DNA from: Oligoflexia bacterium | GTDB taxonomy: Bacteria; Bdellovibrionota; UBA1018 | Reading direction: 5' to 3' | Length of the DNA: 64,000 nucleotides | Assembly (NCBI GenBank): GCA_963758495.1 | Contig: CAVWVI010000003.1 | Location: forward strand, 1,184,001-1,248,000 | In this document: piece after piece, positions 9,700 through 19,978 of the stretch | Position numbering within the stretch: the stretch's first letter is position 1 | Layout: every line of letters starts with the position of its first letter | Program-made: the position numbers and the translations under genes | The notes under the pieces: model-generated | The model's database searches: none | What the model saw: only the letters and a program-made list of their open reading frames with translations | What the model was told of the DNA's origin: nothing

Positions 9700-10410
9700 T
9701 TACTTAAGCAGATTTTCCATATCGATTAGGAGTTGTTTAAGGGTATCAGGATGATGAATACAAATATCCTCAATGTGCTCAGCAATACTTGTAAGAGCGA
9801 GAACATCACCTTTTTCAATAGCCTGTATTGCCTTGTTTGTATTAGACCCCATGAAATTTGGCATTACGAAATTATAATATGAAGCGATCGTTTTATTTCC
9901 ATGAGGCTCAAAAGCAAGATAGCCTTCCACTTGATCCATCGAGCCTGAGCCAATCATTTTCCAATAAACTTTATAACTTCCCTGAGGAAATCCTTGAGGA
10001 TCTCTTTCTATGTAGGTTTCAACTTGGTAAATGGGCTCTCGAGTAAATAACCCTACCCATGCTGGAAGTTTAAGTCCGTATTGAATGAAAAATTTTACAA
10101 TACTCCCCTCTACAACAGATCCCAAAACCTTTTTACTTTCAGTACCAGCCACAAGAAAATCGCTACGTCCTTTAAAATCAGCGTAAACTGCCGTGGCTTC
10201 TTCTGCTTTCGCATTCACTAGAAGATAAACATAATCTTTGCGATGCTTTGTCCCACTTACTTCCTCGAAAGTTTCAACCGGTTGATAGGCCTCGACCCTT
10301 TGTTTTTGTTGACTAGTAAGCGTATCAAAAGAGCTAGCAAAGCTCTTTTCTAAATTAAGCATGAAGATGCTAGTAATACAAAGCCCTTGAATCACGTAAT
10401 GATATTTCAT
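9700..10410 (-). CDS. Exported hypothetical protein, possibly START/SRPBCC-like fold
   Basis: Signal-like N-terminus ending SFA; V.WKM..S.SM..VEG...FEP pattern; start moved to MKYHY (GGGGAG RBS). Confidence 0.5.
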   Translation of the reverse strand: MKYHYVIQGLCITSIFMLNLEKSFASSFDTLTSQQKQRVEAYQPVETFEEVSGTKHRKDYVYLLVNAKAEEATAVYADFKGRSDFLVAGTESKKVLGSVVEGSIVKFFIQYGLKLPAWVGLFTREPIYQVETYIERDPQGFPQGSYKVYWKMIGSGSMDQVEGYLAFEPHGNKTIASYYNFVMPNFMGSNTNKAIQAIEKGDVLALTSIAEHIEDICIHHPDTLKQLLIDMENLLK

Positions 10411-10560
10411 TTGATACTCCCCCAAAATAAACCAACGTTGAACCAAGCTGAATAAGCTCAGACTGATCTGAGATGACTCCTAACGCTCTTTAAGATGTAG
10501 GTCAATTTTATTGTAAGGAGGTTGAGCAAATCTTCTGCTTCAAAAAAAAATGATCATCAC

Positions 10561-10595
10561 ACAGGCCACAGCTATGGAACTATGCTATGGCCTGT
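10561..10595 (-). terminator. Probable terminator downstream of ftsZ
   Basis: 12-bp stem ACAGGCCATAGC/GCTGTGGCCTGT on minus strand; T9 run about 10 nt downstream. Confidence 0.55.
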
Positions 10596-10622
10596 CTCCT
10601 GTGAATTGAATTCTTACTGCAA

Positions 10623-12068
10623 CTACACTTCCCGCTCCTGCTGTCGTCTCATATAAGTAGGTATTTCGTATTCATCATCCGTTAGACTTGTAATTCCAAG
10701 TCGCTGAGCGATAGCGCGAGCCCTTGCAAGCTCACCACTCTCCGCCCCTGTCCCCATTTGTGGAACAGGTATCCCTGCTAGACCACTCATGGGTCCAGTG
10801 CCTTTGGATAGCAGATTTTCTTGAGGTATAGAACCCGTCGTCACAGGTTGCTGAAGCAAACTTGAGCTCTGTGGCTTAACTGATGCAGCAGCAAGCATCG
10901 TTGCATTGGGTTGGGGTGGAACTGGCAATTCAGGCAAAGGAGTAATAGCAACTTCAGGCTCTTGAACAGCCTTATTTGACGTAGGAGGAACCTCCCGCAC
11001 CTCGTATGCCTGGCTGATCTGAGTATTTTGAACGTTTTCTACCCCTGCGTGACCTGCGTGAGATGACTGCTGAGGCGATACTTGCGGAGTCACTGTTACA
11101 GAGCGAGGTACGCTTCCTCCCAAGCCCGTAGCAATCACTGTCACTTTTACCATTTCTTTCACGGATTCATCAATCACAGTACCAAAAATAATTTCTGCAT
11201 CTTCATGAGCAGCCTCCATGATGAGGGTTGTTGCTTCATTCACTTCATGGATTTTAAGATTCGAACCCCCAGTAATGTTAATAATGATACCTGTAGCACC
11301 ATCAATGGAGATATCTTCTAAGAGTGGACTCGAGATCGCATTCGTTGCCGCTTCGATAGCTCTATGCTCACCTTCTCCATATCCAATTCCCATTAATGCA
11401 AGGCCCTTATTCTGCATAATGGTTTTAACATCTGCAAAGTCGCTATTAATCAATCCAGTGTGATTAATAAGATCAGAGATCCCTTGAACTGCGTTCAAGA
11501 GCACCTCATCCGCTTTTTTAAATGCCTCCATCATTGAAAGAGAAACTCCGGATAAAGCCAACAATCTTTGATTCGGGATGGTAATCAGTGAATCAACGCT
11601 TTCACGAAGACAAGCCATCCCATGTTCTGCATGGCGCATCCTTTTCTTTCCTTCGAACAGAAAGGGCTTAGTAACGACGCCTACAGTCAAAGCACCTATC
11701 TCTTTTGCTATTTTTGCAAAAATGGGGGCTGCCCCTGTCCCAGTACCACCTCCCATTCCCGCAGTGATAAATACCATATCGGCACCAGCCAGAATTTCGG
11801 AAATTTTCGCATAATCCTCCAAGGCGGCCTTGCGGCCAACCTCTGGATTCGCGCCAGCTCCAAGCCCTTTGGTCAACTCCTGACCAATCGCAAGCTTAAT
11901 GGGAGCAAGCGATATATCTAGAGCTTGACGATCTGTATTGGCAGTAACAAATTCGACCCCTTCCAGACCTGTTCGAATCATTGTATTTACGGCATTACAT
12001 CCGCTGCCCCCAACACCGACTACCTTAATTTTTGCACCATGAGTTACTAATTGATCAATTTCAAACAT
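10623..12068 (-). CDS. ftsZ: Cell division protein FtsZ
   Basis: GGGTGTG tubulin motif, IN.DFAD, C-terminal EIPTYMRR; long Pro/Gln linker. Confidence 0.98.
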   Translation of the reverse strand: MFEIDQLVTHGAKIKVVGVGGSGCNAVNTMIRTGLEGVEFVTANTDRQALDISLAPIKLAIGQELTKGLGAGANPEVGRKAALEDYAKISEILAGADMVFITAGMGGGTGTGAAPIFAKIAKEIGALTVGVVTKPFLFEGKKRMRHAEHGMACLRESVDSLITIPNQRLLALSGVSLSMMEAFKKADEVLLNAVQGISDLINHTGLINSDFADVKTIMQNKGLALMGIGYGEGEHRAIEAATNAISSPLLEDISIDGATGIIINITGGSNLKIHEVNEATTLIMEAAHEDAEIIFGTVIDESVKEMVKVTVIATGLGGSVPRSVTVTPQVSPQQSSHAGHAGVENVQNTQISQAYEVREVPPTSNKAVQEPEVAITPLPELPVPPQPNATMLAAASVKPQSSSLLQQPVTTGSIPQENLLSKGTGPMSGLAGIPVPQMGTGAESGELARARAIAQRLGITSLTDDEYEIPTYMRRQQEREV

Positions 12069-12092
12069 AGTTAGTGGATACCCTTCCTTGGT

Positions 12093-13328
12093 TTAAAACA
12101 AGTCCTTGATCCAAGCCCGCATTGAGCCACGAACCTTATCGTAAATGTTTTTTTCATGAATTGGAAATCGAGTTTTTTGAATATTTCTTACACCATATTT
12201 AATTAAACCTACGGCAGTTGCAAATTTTGGAGAATTTACAACCTCCCTTAGACCTCCTATATTCTGCGGCAATCCTCGCTTCGCTGGAATTCCAAATATA
12301 AACTCAGCCAATTCAGGCAGGCCTTCCAGTAAACTAGCACCTCCTGTAAGAACAACTCCCGCAGACAGTAAATCTTGAAAACCAGACTTTGTAACTTCTC
12401 GTTGAATTAACGAAAACATTTCTTCTACGCGTGGCTCAATTATTCCTGCAAGACTTCTCCTTGATAAAACATGACTTTTTCTCCCACCCACCCCAATCAC
12501 TTCTATCATTTCATTTGATTTTACTAGTGCTGTTAATGCGCAACCATATTTAATTTTAATTTTTTCAGCTTCATTTTGAGGCGTTCTTAATCCTACTGCC
12601 ACATCATTGGTAATATGATTTCCACCAATTGCTAAGACGCTCGTATGAACAATTACACCTTTTTTAAAAATTGCAATGTCGCTTGTTCCAGCACCAATAT
12701 CCACCAAAATCACTCCAAGTTCTTTTTCATCCTGACAAAGAACAGCTTCACTCGACGCGAGGGGTTCCAAACAGATTTCTGCTACATTGAGCCCAGCTTT
12801 ATTCACACATTTTATAATATTATGAGCCGAAGATACGGCACCTGTCACGATATGAACTCTTGCTTCAAGATGAGTCCCATTCATTCCAACGGGATCTAGA
12901 ATTCCATCTTGATCATTAATTATATATTCTTGCGGAATAATATGAACGGTTTCACGATCCAGTGGAATTGAAACTGCCTTTGCTGCATCAATTACGCGCT
13001 GGACATCTTGCTCCGTAATCTCTTGACCCTTTACCGTAACAATTCCAGTCGAATTAAATGATTTAATATGCCCACCAGCAATGCCGGTATACACCGTAGA
13101 TATATCTACTTCAGCCATTAACTCGGCTTCATGTACAGCTTTTTTAATACTTTCAACTGTTGCCTCAATATCGATTACAACTCCCTTGCGCAATCCAGTC
13201 GAAGAGGCGATACCCACTCCCATAATATTCAGCAATGGTTGAGGACCATTTCCTACAGGCTCTCCCACGACACAGCAGACCTTAGTCGTTCCAATGTCTA
13301 ATCCAACTATAAAATCTTTCTTGGACAT
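12093..13328 (-). CDS. ftsA: Cell division protein FtsA
   Basis: GLDIGTTKV, GLRKGVV, VDIGAGTSD, VLTGGAS, amphipathic WIKDLF tail. Confidence 0.97.
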   Translation of the reverse strand: MSKKDFIVGLDIGTTKVCCVVGEPVGNGPQPLLNIMGVGIASSTGLRKGVVIDIEATVESIKKAVHEAELMAEVDISTVYTGIAGGHIKSFNSTGIVTVKGQEITEQDVQRVIDAAKAVSIPLDRETVHIIPQEYIINDQDGILDPVGMNGTHLEARVHIVTGAVSSAHNIIKCVNKAGLNVAEICLEPLASSEAVLCQDEKELGVILVDIGAGTSDIAIFKKGVIVHTSVLAIGGNHITNDVAVGLRTPQNEAEKIKIKYGCALTALVKSNEMIEVIGVGGRKSHVLSRRSLAGIIEPRVEEMFSLIQREVTKSGFQDLLSAGVVLTGGASLLEGLPELAEFIFGIPAKRGLPQNIGGLREVVNSPKFATAVGLIKYGVRNIQKTRFPIHEKNIYDKVRGSMRAWIKDLF

Positions 13329-13380
13329 GAAAAGTTATCTCCCATGGGGGCAGGCAAAAATTGCCTCTCTATAGAGAATT

Positions 13381-14181
13381 CTAAGAACCCTGTAAAGTTT
13401 TTACAACAACCATTTTTCCGTTATCTGCCCACATTTGACGTACAGGAATAGAGTTTTTTTGTAGATAGCGAAACACATTCAAAAGACGAAAAAAAATCCC
13501 ATCTAAATCCATGTCAATTTTTTGACCTATGTCAACCATAGTTCGCACTCGCGTAGACGTACCCGCTAAAGTATAAAAAGCTAAAATACGAAAGCCTCTT
13601 TCAGATTCCCAATAAACTGTAGAAATAGATGATAATAAATTAACAGAAGAACCTTCCCATCGACTTATGATTCGAAGTGCTTCTTTAAGTTTTCCAGACA
13701 TTTGACCAGAAATTTGACCAGACGCTTGACCCGACGCCTGATTGGAAAATCCCATGATTAAGGGAAGATCTGAAAATCGAAGTAAATTTACCAATCCAAA
13801 AACTTTTCCATCTGCGTCAACGTATGCAAATCCCCCATTAGACATCTGTATAAGAGCCTTTGGCTCTCTATAGTGAATTGCAATCACCAACGTATCAGGC
13901 ATTTTCTTTTGCAATTGCACTTCACGGATCCAGTCTTTTGATAATAGACGGTGTTCTATGGATTTTAAATCCAATGTAAATAAGTTCACCTTACCCACTG
14001 AAACTTCAGTCAATTTAATAACTTGTTGATCATCAATGGGCGGATCATCTATTGAGCTTTGCACTTCAATGTTCTGAAGCAAGAATAGAGTTGAATTTTT
14101 CGCAAGCAAAACCCCGATAGTCAAGGCACCCATCGAAGAAAGCGATAGAACAATTATGGAAATTTTTTTATAAAGTCTCAT
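13381..14181 (-). CDS. ftsQ: Cell division protein FtsQ/DivIB
   Basis: Single TM then POTRA-like NLF..DL..IE..L....WIREVQLQKKMPDTL; directly upstream of ftsA; start moved to MRLYKK. Confidence 0.8.
   Translation of the reverse strand: MRLYKKISIIVLSLSSMGALTIGVLLAKNSTLFLLQNIEVQSSIDDPPIDDQQVIKLTEVSVGKVNLFTLDLKSIEHRLLSKDWIREVQLQKKMPDTLVIAIHYREPKALIQMSNGGFAYVDADGKVFGLVNLLRFSDLPLIMGFSNQASGQASGQISGQMSGKLKEALRIISRWEGSSVNLLSSISTVYWESERGFRILAFYTLAGTSTRVRTMVDIGQKIDMDLDGIFFRLLNVFRYLQKNSIPVRQMWADNGKMVVVKTLQGS
13693..13740 (-). repeat. 4 x 12-bp coding tandem repeat in ftsQ (QASG QASG QISG QMSG)
   Basis: tccagacatttg accagaaatttg accagacgcttg acccgacgcctg. Confidence 0.8.
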
Positions 14182-14246
14182 GAGTATTCCATAGTCTATC
14201 TTCTGAATAGTAGACAGTCGAGTACCGGATATGAGAAAGAACAATA

Positions 14247-15602
14247 ATGATTCGTTATTTAATGATACCCTTCTTCATTCTTGTCGGCTGTTCCAGTTTC
14301 TCTAAGGTAGAATCGAATTCAAAAGGTTCTATTCAAAAGGAAACTATTCCTCTCTCGGGCGCGTCTTATGTCAATCGCTATCTGTTTGATAATGGTTTGC
14401 GCTTACTCGTGGTTGAAGACCATTCTTCACCTACGATTGCTTACCAGACCTGGTTTCGAGTAGGATCACGTGACGAAACTCCAGGCAGGACCGGTTTAGC
14501 TCACCTCTTCGAACATATGATGTTTAAAGAGACAAAAAATTTAAAAGAAGGGGAATTCGACAAGCTTCTGGAGGGCGCTGGCGCAGAGGGAGAGAACGCT
14601 TTCACAGATCATGACTTCACTGCTTATATCCAAGAATTACCTAAGGATAAATTGGAACTGATTGCCAAAGCAGAATCTGACAGAATGAACAATTTAGTAA
14701 TCAATGAAAATGCGTTCAAAACTGAAAGAGAAGTTGTCCAAAATGAGCGTCGATTTAGAAACGAAAATAGTCCAGATGGCTTGATGGACCAAGAACTTTT
14801 CAGTTTGGCTTTTGTTCAGCATCCATACCATTGGCCCGTGATCGGTTACACTGAAGACTTGAACGCTATGACCTCGAAAGAAGCATTAGAGTTTTATCAT
14901 ACACATTACAGTCCAAACCATGCGACTATAATCGTGACAGGGGACGTCGAATCAGAAAATGTAAAATCTATCATCCAAAAATATTATGGCCAACTTCCCG
15001 CCCAACTCACTCATTCACACCTCATTCAAAAGGAACCCGCTCAGAAAAAGCTCCGTAGAAAGCAACTCAAGTTGAATATACAAGTTGAAAAACTCATGAT
15101 GGGTTTTCATATTCCAGAAATTACGCACCAAGACATGCCTGCTTTAGATGTTCTACAGAATATCCTCACCCGAGGCAAAAGCAGTCGACTTTACCGCGCA
15201 CTCGTCAATACTGGAGTTGCCAGTGCAATTACTTCAGACGATCTCGAGGGAAAGGACCCATCACTGTTTGTATTTATCGCAAATATGCAAAACAAAAAGA
15301 ATACTTCACAAGCAGAGGCTATCATTCGAAAGGAGCTTGCGCGCATTTGCAATGAAGAGATTTCTAAGCAAGAATTAGAGCGTGCTAAGAATAAAATGAA
15401 TTTCGATTTTTTCGAAGCATTAGGTTCTAATTTTGAAAAAGCCTATTTCCTGGGTCATTACGAAAGTGCTGCCGGAGATTTCACAAAAGGAATTGAACAT
15501 AACAAACAAGCTCAACGAGTCTCTGCACAAGATGTTCGTGATGTCGCGAGGCGCTATTTAAAGCCAAACAATCTTACCGTAGTTACAGGAGTCCCAAAAT
15601 GA
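14247..15602 (+). CDS. M16 family zinc peptidase, catalytic subunit, lipoprotein
   Basis: HLFEH (HxxEH), NAFT, ERRFR; lipobox LVGC. Confidence 0.92.
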   Translation: MIRYLMIPFFILVGCSSFSKVESNSKGSIQKETIPLSGASYVNRYLFDNGLRLLVVEDHSSPTIAYQTWFRVGSRDETPGRTGLAHLFEHMMFKETKNLKEGEFDKLLEGAGAEGENAFTDHDFTAYIQELPKDKLELIAKAESDRMNNLVINENAFKTEREVVQNERRFRNENSPDGLMDQELFSLAFVQHPYHWPVIGYTEDLNAMTSKEALEFYHTHYSPNHATIIVTGDVESENVKSIIQKYYGQLPAQLTHSHLIQKEPAQKKLRRKQLKLNIQVEKLMMGFHIPEITHQDMPALDVLQNILTRGKSSRLYRALVNTGVASAITSDDLEGKDPSLFVFIANMQNKKNTSQAEAIIRKELARICNEEISKQELERAKNKMNFDFFEALGSNFEKAYFLGHYESAAGDFTKGIEHNKQAQRVSAQDVRDVARRYLKPNNLTVVTGVPK

Positions 15603-16984
15603 CAAAAAGAACTTTGATCTCTCTACTTGTGGGACTCATTGCTTGCACCAGTGGACTCCTTTCTTCGCATACCTCTCAAGCCATTGAAGTTGCTTTCGAG
15701 AATGATTCAAATCTTCCTCTAGTCTATATTAACGTCGCCATCAAAGCCGGCTCAGTGACCGACCCTCAAGGACAAACTGGGTTAACTAACTTCATGGGAG
15801 AGATGCTGCTTCGAGGAACTCGGCTCCATAGCAAAGAGCAGATCGACTTAGCATTGGATCAGATGGGCGCTAAACTTGATGTTGAAACACGAGCCGAAGC
15901 ACTTATTTTTCGGGGAGCAGTACTTTCTTCTCAGTTAGAGCCTTATTTGAATTTATTCACTGAAATACTCACTCAACCTAGCTTTTCGAACGAGGAAATC
16001 AAGAAGTTTAAATCAGAACAGATCTCAGTTCTCCAAGAAGCGCTGGGACACGACCCATCCCTCGCATCCCTTAAATTTCAGGAATTCCTCTTTCGCGATC
16101 ATGCCTATGGAAAACCAGTAGAAGGGAAAATAAAGGACATTAATGCCTTCACCCACACTCAACTTTTAAATCATTACAATCTCCTGATGCAAGATAGAAT
16201 GCTATTAATCGTGGGCTCTGGAGCAACCACATCAGAACGTGTATCCGCTTGGGCAACTGAACTATCGAAGAAAAAACCCAATATTCATTTAGATCCTTAT
16301 ACTGAACGCCTCCTCACAAGGGTACCTTCACCCGAAAATGCGGATCAACGAAGGCTTTTAATCATCGACAAACCGGATCGAACACAAACTCAAATCAATG
16401 CTGGTCAAATTGGAATCCGAATGACTGATAGTCATTTTTTTCCCCTCTATTTAGGAAACTATGCATTTGGCGGCCCGTCTTTCTCCGCTATTCTCATGGA
16501 CGAAATCCGAGTGAAGAGAGGCTGGAGTTATGGTGCAAATAGCTCGTTCCGCCACGGTCTGCAGCCCCGGTATTGGAATTTTCATCTTTTTCCGGCAGCA
16601 AAAGATGCTGCTAATGCTCTTGCCTATTCGATCAAACTCACTGAAGACCTAAAAGAACATGGCATCAGTAATGAACTCTACGGTTTTGCCCAACGTAGCC
16701 TTGTGAACAGTTCGGGATTTATTTACAATACACCTAAAAAAAGAGTAGAAAATAAACTTTTAGAACTTACTTTAAATTTACCTGAAGGATTTATGAAATC
16801 CTTTGGATCTGAACTCCAAAAAGTGAGCTTAGCTGACGTAAACTCATCTTTAAACCACTTTCTCAAACCCAATCAAATGGCAATCACCGTTTTAGGAACA
16901 GCAAAAGAACTTAAAGAATCTCTAGCCAAGGCCGCAGGAGTTCCAATCGATCAAGTAAAAGTCATCCCTTATACACAAGAATAA
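15599..16984 (+). CDS. M16 family peptidase, non-catalytic partner subunit
   Basis: M16-fold motifs (AGS..DP..G, IRVKRGWSYG) with NFMGE in place of HxxEH; ATGA overlap; signal peptide. Confidence 0.88.
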   Translation: MTKRTLISLLVGLIACTSGLLSSHTSQAIEVAFENDSNLPLVYINVAIKAGSVTDPQGQTGLTNFMGEMLLRGTRLHSKEQIDLALDQMGAKLDVETRAEALIFRGAVLSSQLEPYLNLFTEILTQPSFSNEEIKKFKSEQISVLQEALGHDPSLASLKFQEFLFRDHAYGKPVEGKIKDINAFTHTQLLNHYNLLMQDRMLLIVGSGATTSERVSAWATELSKKKPNIHLDPYTERLLTRVPSPENADQRRLLIIDKPDRTQTQINAGQIGIRMTDSHFFPLYLGNYAFGGPSFSAILMDEIRVKRGWSYGANSSFRHGLQPRYWNFHLFPAAKDAANALAYSIKLTEDLKEHGISNELYGFAQRSLVNSSGFIYNTPKKRVENKLLELTLNLPEGFMKSFGSELQKVSLADVNSSLNHFLKPNQMAITVLGTAKELKESLAKAAGVPIDQVKVIPYTQE

Positions 16985-17107
16985 TTAAGCCAGAAGTGCG
17001 AAGAGTCGAATTATACTTTGTTTTTATTGGTGATTTAATTTGAGAAGATATTTTACGGTGAAGCACTAGACACTCAATATTTATTAATGATAACCTTATA
17101 AATCGGA

Positions 17108-18130
17108 ATGGCACAATCATTAAACGACTACTTTAGAGTTTCAAGAGAACACTTAGTAGCTGGGCGAGCACTGGATTGTGACCTTTATCTTTACATGGCA
17201 ACAAATAAATCCATTGTGCGTTACCTCTTAAAGGGAGACGCTCTTTCAGCGGATAAATGTGCCGCACTTCAAAATGCGGCCACTACCATTCCCCTTGTAC
17301 TAAAATCAGACCTAAAATCTGTCATGAGTCATAACGGCCAAAAAATTGAAACCGCCCTCAAAACAGATGCAAATCTCGGATCTTCGGAAGTGGTCGGTGC
17401 AGCGGCAGGCATTCTTAGAAATATAGATTCGACCTTATCAACACCTGATGGTGATTCTATTTTTAAAACTGCTAATGCATCCACTATAGAAATGCTTTCT
17501 TCTGCTCAAAGTACAGTTGAGGAAATCCTAAAGCAGGTAGGCAGTCTTCCTGCCACACTTATTTTTGATCAAGTATTAGCGAAAATTAAATTGAGCTCTC
17601 AAAATCCTTTAGCCCAACACAATCAACAAGTCAGTACCCTTTGCGTTCTTATGTTATTAACAGAAGGAAATGCCACTAAAACAGACCTGGCTGATATTGC
17701 CGCGGCTGGAATGCTGCATGATATTGGTTTGGAAAAAATGCCAAAAACAATTGTTGAAAAATATCTTAACGGCCAAGAAGATTTCAATAATGCAGAAAAC
17801 TTAGTTTACATGAAACATCCAGAAGAAGGGATGGAAACCATTGCAAAATCCTTTCCTGATATTTCCTCTACAATTCTCAAGATTATAGAATGTCACCATG
17901 AAAACTTTGATGGATCAGGATTTAAAAGAAAAAAAGGGAATTTCATACCTCGACTTTCTCGCTTTCTTCGTATTGCAGACAATATCGCCGTAACTTTGAA
18001 TAGCGCTAAAACCCCTATCACATTTAAAGATGCTCTCTCTGAATCCATGCAGACTAATCTATTTAAATATGATCTTCAGATTATCAAAACAATCCATGAT
18101 CAATACTTAGGACTCGGGCAAGAGATTTAG
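17108..18130 (+). CDS. HD-GYP-like domain protein (degenerate)
   Basis: LHDIG, HHENFDGSGFK, IAD. Confidence 0.8.
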   Translation: MAQSLNDYFRVSREHLVAGRALDCDLYLYMATNKSIVRYLLKGDALSADKCAALQNAATTIPLVLKSDLKSVMSHNGQKIETALKTDANLGSSEVVGAAAGILRNIDSTLSTPDGDSIFKTANASTIEMLSSAQSTVEEILKQVGSLPATLIFDQVLAKIKLSSQNPLAQHNQQVSTLCVLMLLTEGNATKTDLADIAAAGMLHDIGLEKMPKTIVEKYLNGQEDFNNAENLVYMKHPEEGMETIAKSFPDISSTILKIIECHHENFDGSGFKRKKGNFIPRLSRFLRIADNIAVTLNSAKTPITFKDALSESMQTNLFKYDLQIIKTIHDQYLGLGQEI

Positions 18131-18153
18131 GCTATACACGACTATTCATTGCA

Positions 18154-18435
18154 CTAGCGAAACAAATCTGAATGAGTTCCGGTACGCTCGAAGATCACTC
18201 TGTTATTCTCAATATCCGGTTTATAATTCAAGATCCAGTCAGGCTCAATATGACAATCACGTCGGCCTAGGTAATTACCGATCAGTTTGTGATCTCGATA
18301 TTTGGCATCCAATGACTCCTGATTGATAATTTTTGTAATTACATCTTTGATTTTAATTGGATTTTTACCACGCTTAAGCGCGCGTTTTAAATCTTTTTCA
18401 AATTGATTTGTGTAAGAAGGCTTAAGTGGCGGCAT
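18154..18435 (-). CDS. yafQ: YafQ-family mRNA interferase toxin
   Basis: F.KDLK, DHKLIGNY.GRRDCHIEPDW, RTGTHSDLF; start moved to MPPLK. Confidence 0.92.
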   Translation of the reverse strand: MPPLKPSYTNQFEKDLKRALKRGKNPIKIKDVITKIINQESLDAKYRDHKLIGNYLGRRDCHIEPDWILNYKPDIENNRVIFERTGTHSDLFR

Positions 18436-18439
18436 TGGA

Positions 18440-18727
18440 TTAGATTCCAAGCTTGTTAAATAGTTCATTTGTATTTTCAAAATGAACTACTTCTTCACCT
18501 CGTTCTGTTTTCTCCATAGTCTGTAAGGTTTGCTCATTAGGAATCTCAACTAAAAATGGCATCCCGCGCCGTAAACTGACCTGAGCATAAAACATATTAA
18601 TTGCCTCAGTTGAAGACAACCCTAACTGATGAAAGACTCTTTCTGCCTGCGCTTTTAACCGCACAGTCGTCCTAGCCCTAATCATTGCAGTTTTTTTAGT
18701 AGCGCTCACCTTTTTAACCTTATGCAT
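18440..18727 (-). CDS. dinJ: RelB/DinJ-family antitoxin
   Basis: IRAR....LK.QAE.VF..LGLS.TEAINMFY.QV....GMPF...PN..T; start moved to MHKVKK. Confidence 0.9.
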   Translation of the reverse strand: MHKVKKVSATKKTAMIRARTTVRLKAQAERVFHQLGLSSTEAINMFYAQVSLRRGMPFLVEIPNEQTLQTMEKTERGEEVVHFENTNELFNKLGI

Positions 18728-18733
18728 AATAGA

Positions 18734-18763
18734 ATTGTATCTCATTTGGGATACGGATGTCAA
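18734..18763 (-). promoter_or_regulatory. sigma70 promoter with internal operator palindrome for dinJ-yafQ
   Basis: TTGACA-N18-TACAAT ending 6 nt before ATG; GTATCTCA-TT-TGGGATAC palindrome at 18737-18754. Confidence 0.75.
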
Positions 18764-18864
18764 TTTAATAGATCGAGCGAGTATCTCTGCAAAATACGTC
18801 AATATTTTTGCATATTTGAATCTGGACGTAAAACAAGTCACAATAGATCTCAAGAGATCATATT

Positions 18865-18933
18865 ATGAAAGAAGTAAAAATAAGTGATTTTAAAGCTCAT
18901 CCTATCGATCACTTAAGCGCGCTTCCGAAATAG
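18865..18933 (+). pseudogene. Truncated Phd/YefM-type antitoxin remnant
   Basis: MKEVKISDFKAH resembles the Phd N-terminal DNA-binding segment; stops after 22 codons; GATCTC-AA-GAGATC palindrome upstream. Confidence 0.5.
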
Positions 18934-19030
18934 CGTAGTTGAGCCTCTAAAGTCCCTGACTTCCACTACTTTAAATGACACTTCAAGTATCTTCAAAAAC
19001 CTGCAGCGTGCGGAGAGGCAACCTCCCCAC

Positions 19031-19978
19031 TCAAACCTCACCCAAATAAATCACTTCTTCTTCCAAAACGATGCCAAGCTCACTGACCGCTCGCGACTTA
19101 GCCAAGGCAATCAATGCCGCCACATCCGCAGCCTTTGCACCGCCCTTATTTAAAATCCAATTGCTATGTTTCTCTGCAAATTGAGCCCCCCCAATCTGGT
19201 GACCACGAAGACCTAGACGATCAACAACTTGCCATGCCAGTAGACCAGACTCTTTTGGATTTTTGAAAACGCTTCCACACGACGGCGCCTCTAAGGGCTG
19301 AGTTGCTTTTCGGCGCGCCAAAGTCTCATCAATAATCGCTTTTACTTGAGCCGGATCACCCTGCTGAACTTCCCACTCCGCTGCCCAAATCAGACTCCCC
19401 GATGGTAAGAAAAAGTTTTTACGATACTGATAATCAAGCTGCGTTCCCTCATAAACATGGGCTTCTCTAGCCGAGTTTAAAAGCGAGTAAACTTCGACTT
19501 TTCTAAGTCGACTCTGAGTTTCGCCTAAATGAGTCCCCGCATTCATGAAAACCGCTCCGCCCACTAAGCCCGGAATTCCTGTAAGAAATTCCAGCCCTAC
19601 CCATCCTTCTTGCGCAGCTCTTCTCAATAATGAAGATATTGCCACACTCGCTCCAGTTCTTAACAAAGCTCCAGTCCCCAAAGACGATGCCGAAATCTCA
19701 AGATTCAGTTTATTCGCACGAATGATGAGTCCAGAAAACCCCTGATCCGATGCAAGAATATTAGAGCCCTGTCCCAATACAAAAAAAGGAATTCCTGTTT
19801 GACGTAACCCTTCCTTAAGCCAGTGGATATCCGCTATGCTTTTTGGAATAGCAAATACGGAAGCAGGACCGCCTATTCGAAAGTAAGTGTGCCGCGCTAA
19901 CGGCTCATCGAAGTGGAGCTGTCCCGAAAAGCTGGAAGCATGTGAACGAAACCAATCCAACACCACCGACTGAGTCAA
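19031..19978 (-). CDS. murB: UDP-N-acetylenolpyruvoylglucosamine reductase
   Basis: HTYFRIGGPA, GSNIL, GIPG.VGGAV.MNAG, GSVFKNP. Confidence 0.96.
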   Translation of the reverse strand: MTQSVVLDWFRSHASSFSGQLHFDEPLARHTYFRIGGPASVFAIPKSIADIHWLKEGLRQTGIPFFVLGQGSNILASDQGFSGLIIRANKLNLEISASSLGTGALLRTGASVAISSLLRRAAQEGWVGLEFLTGIPGLVGGAVFMNAGTHLGETQSRLRKVEVYSLLNSAREAHVYEGTQLDYQYRKNFFLPSGSLIWAAEWEVQQGDPAQVKAIIDETLARRKATQPLEAPSCGSVFKNPKESGLLAWQVVDRLGLRGHQIGGAQFAEKHSNWILNKGGAKAADVAALIALAKSRAVSELGIVLEEEVIYLGEV

